Origin: Clostridia bacterium
GTDB taxonomy: Bacteria; Bacillota; Clostridia; Oscillospirales; CAG-272
Assembly (NCBI GenBank): GCA_017420755.1
Contig: JAFQOG010000050.1
Location: forward strand, 4,146 to 68,145
Reading direction: 5' to 3'
Length of the DNA stretch: 64,000 nt
Every line of letters begins with the position of its first letter. Position 1 is the first letter of the stretch. The translations under genes were made by a program, and so were the position numbers. Positions 63,037 to 64,000 of the stretch are shown here, one piece after another. A model generated the notes under the pieces. The model was not told where the DNA came from and made no database searches. It saw only the letters and a program-made list of their open reading frames with translations.

Positions 63037-63855
63037 TTAATCGTTATCTTTATTTTTTACGGAATTAACATATCTTACTTTTTTCCAAAAGCCAAAATAC
63101 AAATTAACTAAAGTGTGCCATGTTGCTCTAATAGCGCCCATGTTTTCTCCGTAACGGAATAGCCTATAGTGACCGTTTAGTTTCTTTTTAAACCCGCTAT
63201 GAGAAATCGAATTGCTTCTTATACGATAAGATGCCAAGTTTTTGTCATAAAGATAGCAGTCACATTTTTTGCAAACCTTCAACCACATAGCGTAATCATT
63301 TCTGCATTTTAAAGACGGCTCCACTTGAATCAAACCAACATACTCATGATCATACATAACCGTCAAACATCCCAAATAGTCATATCTAAACATTTTTCTC
63401 TTGTTTATTTTTTTAGGTCCTGTTACTTCAACGTTTAAAGGATTGGATTTTTCATCAACATGGAAATAAGGAGTACCCGAAAAATGATATCCATTCTCAA
63501 CCATAAAGGCGATTTGCTCTTCGAGCTTTGTCGGAGCCCACAAATCATCGCTGTCAAGAAAGGCAATCCATTTTCCCTTCGCTTCTCTTAATGCATAGTT
63601 TCTTGAAACGGCGGCGCCACTATTTGCTTCGTTTTGAAGAATTTTAATACGCTCATCGTTAAACGAGCGGGCAATTTCAAGCGAATTATCAGTCGAGCAA
63701 TCGTCAACAAACAAAAGCTCCCAATTTTTATATGTTTGGGCAAGCACGCTTTTTATTGTTTCTGCCACATATTTTTCAGAATTATAGTTTGGCATTACAA
63801 TCGAAACCAAGCCGTAATCCTTTTCTTCGTTTGTTTTTTGATTCAATTCTTGCAT
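63037..63855 (-). CDS. family 2 glycosyltransferase (TuaG-like)
   Basis: VSIVMPNYNSEKYVAETIKSVLAQT...VDDCSTDNS...LDSDD. The ATG at 63855 (MQELNQ) is preferred, because the ATG at 63903 would sit almost at the predicted transcription start. Confidence 0.85.
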   Translation of the reverse strand: MQELNQKTNEEKDYGLVSIVMPNYNSEKYVAETIKSVLAQTYKNWELLFVDDCSTDNSLEIARSFNDERIKILQNEANSGAAVSRNYALREAKGKWIAFLDSDDLWAPTKLEEQIAFMVENGYHFSGTPYFHVDEKSNPLNVEVTGPKKINKRKMFRYDYLGCLTVMYDHEYVGLIQVEPSLKCRNDYAMWLKVCKKCDCYLYDKNLASYRIRSNSISHSGFKKKLNGHYRLFRYGENMGAIRATWHTLVNLYFGFWKKVRYVNSVKNKDND

Positions 63856-63911
63856 CTTATGTCCTTTATTACATATATAATTATTGCGCGTGGGTATACG
63901 CATACATTATT

Positions 63912-63940
63912 ATTATATATTATAGTATTTTATTTGTCAA
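63912..63940 (-). promoter_or_regulatory. sigma-A promoter at the head of the glycan locus
   Basis: The minus strand reads TTGACA-17 nt-TATAAT (perfect consensus). Confidence 0.65.
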
Positions 63941-63954
63941 GTAAAATCTTGCAA

Positions 63955-63985
63955 AGAAAAACCGCCGAGGCTCGGCGGTTTTTGT
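63955..63985 (-). terminator. terminator of the gene upstream of the window's right edge
   Basis: CCGCCG-AGGCT-CGGCGG with flanking A- and T-runs. On the minus strand it is followed by TTTTTCTTTG. Confidence 0.7.
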
Positions 63986-64000
63986 TTTGATTATTATTTA

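Noticed and set aside
1-64000. tRNA, rRNA, tmRNA, riboswitch, T-box, transposase/IS and toxin-antitoxin candidates
   Set aside because: - I scanned the intergenic regions by eye, notably 3604-3828, 5974-6365, 6654-7119, 11559-11733, 18362-18566, 21498-21726 and 42346-42997. I found no cloverleaf-compatible sequence, no conserved riboswitch or T-box core, and no terminal inverted repeats flanking a transposase-like ORF.
- A covariance-model scan (tRNAscan-SE, Infernal/Rfam) would be needed to exclude these formally.

Overview
This is a low-GC Bacillota (Clostridia-like) chromosomal window with almost every gene on the minus strand. All calls rest on reading the ORF translations and DNA by eye; no database search was run.

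- **1-6.7 kb:** a co-oriented accessory block. It holds four membrane-anchored or lipoprotein genes with Ig-like (BIG2-type) motifs, small HTH, sigma-region-4-like and zinc-ribbon genes, and an autoregulated lexA with a consensus promoter and a Cheo-box-like operator.
- **7.1-18.4 kb:** housekeeping genes. These are lysS, greA, an S41 protease and a PucR-type regulator, then rsmE-prmA-dnaJ-dnaK-grpE-hrcA with a sigma-A promoter and CIRCE operator.
- **18.5-26.4 kb:** a 976-aa lipoprotein glycoside hydrolase (clan GH-A motifs), an amidase-domain protein, a PiT transporter, an RluA-family synthase, gpmI and a UPF0340 protein.
- **26.4-42.4 kb:** the most unusual locus. One promoter-to-terminator five-gene operon encodes a 2465-aa membrane-anchored, extremely acidic, internally repetitive giant protein. 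It is followed by a MoxR AAA+ ATPase, DUF58, a BatA-type vWA membrane protein and a ~1300-aa double-vWA membrane protein with Cys4 zinc-ribbon inserts.
- **43-44.3 kb:** an M20D amidohydrolase.
- **44.3-63.9 kb:** a 17-gene glycan locus bounded by a promoter and terminators. It contains rfbA/rfbB, ugd, two DegT-type aminotransferases, six glycosyltransferases, a Wzy/EpsG-like polymerase and three ATP-grasp ligases (one fused to the Wzx flippase). It also carries an embedded SLC13-type permease and a frameshifted GNAT.

I recognised no rRNA, tRNA, CRISPR array, transposase or integrase.
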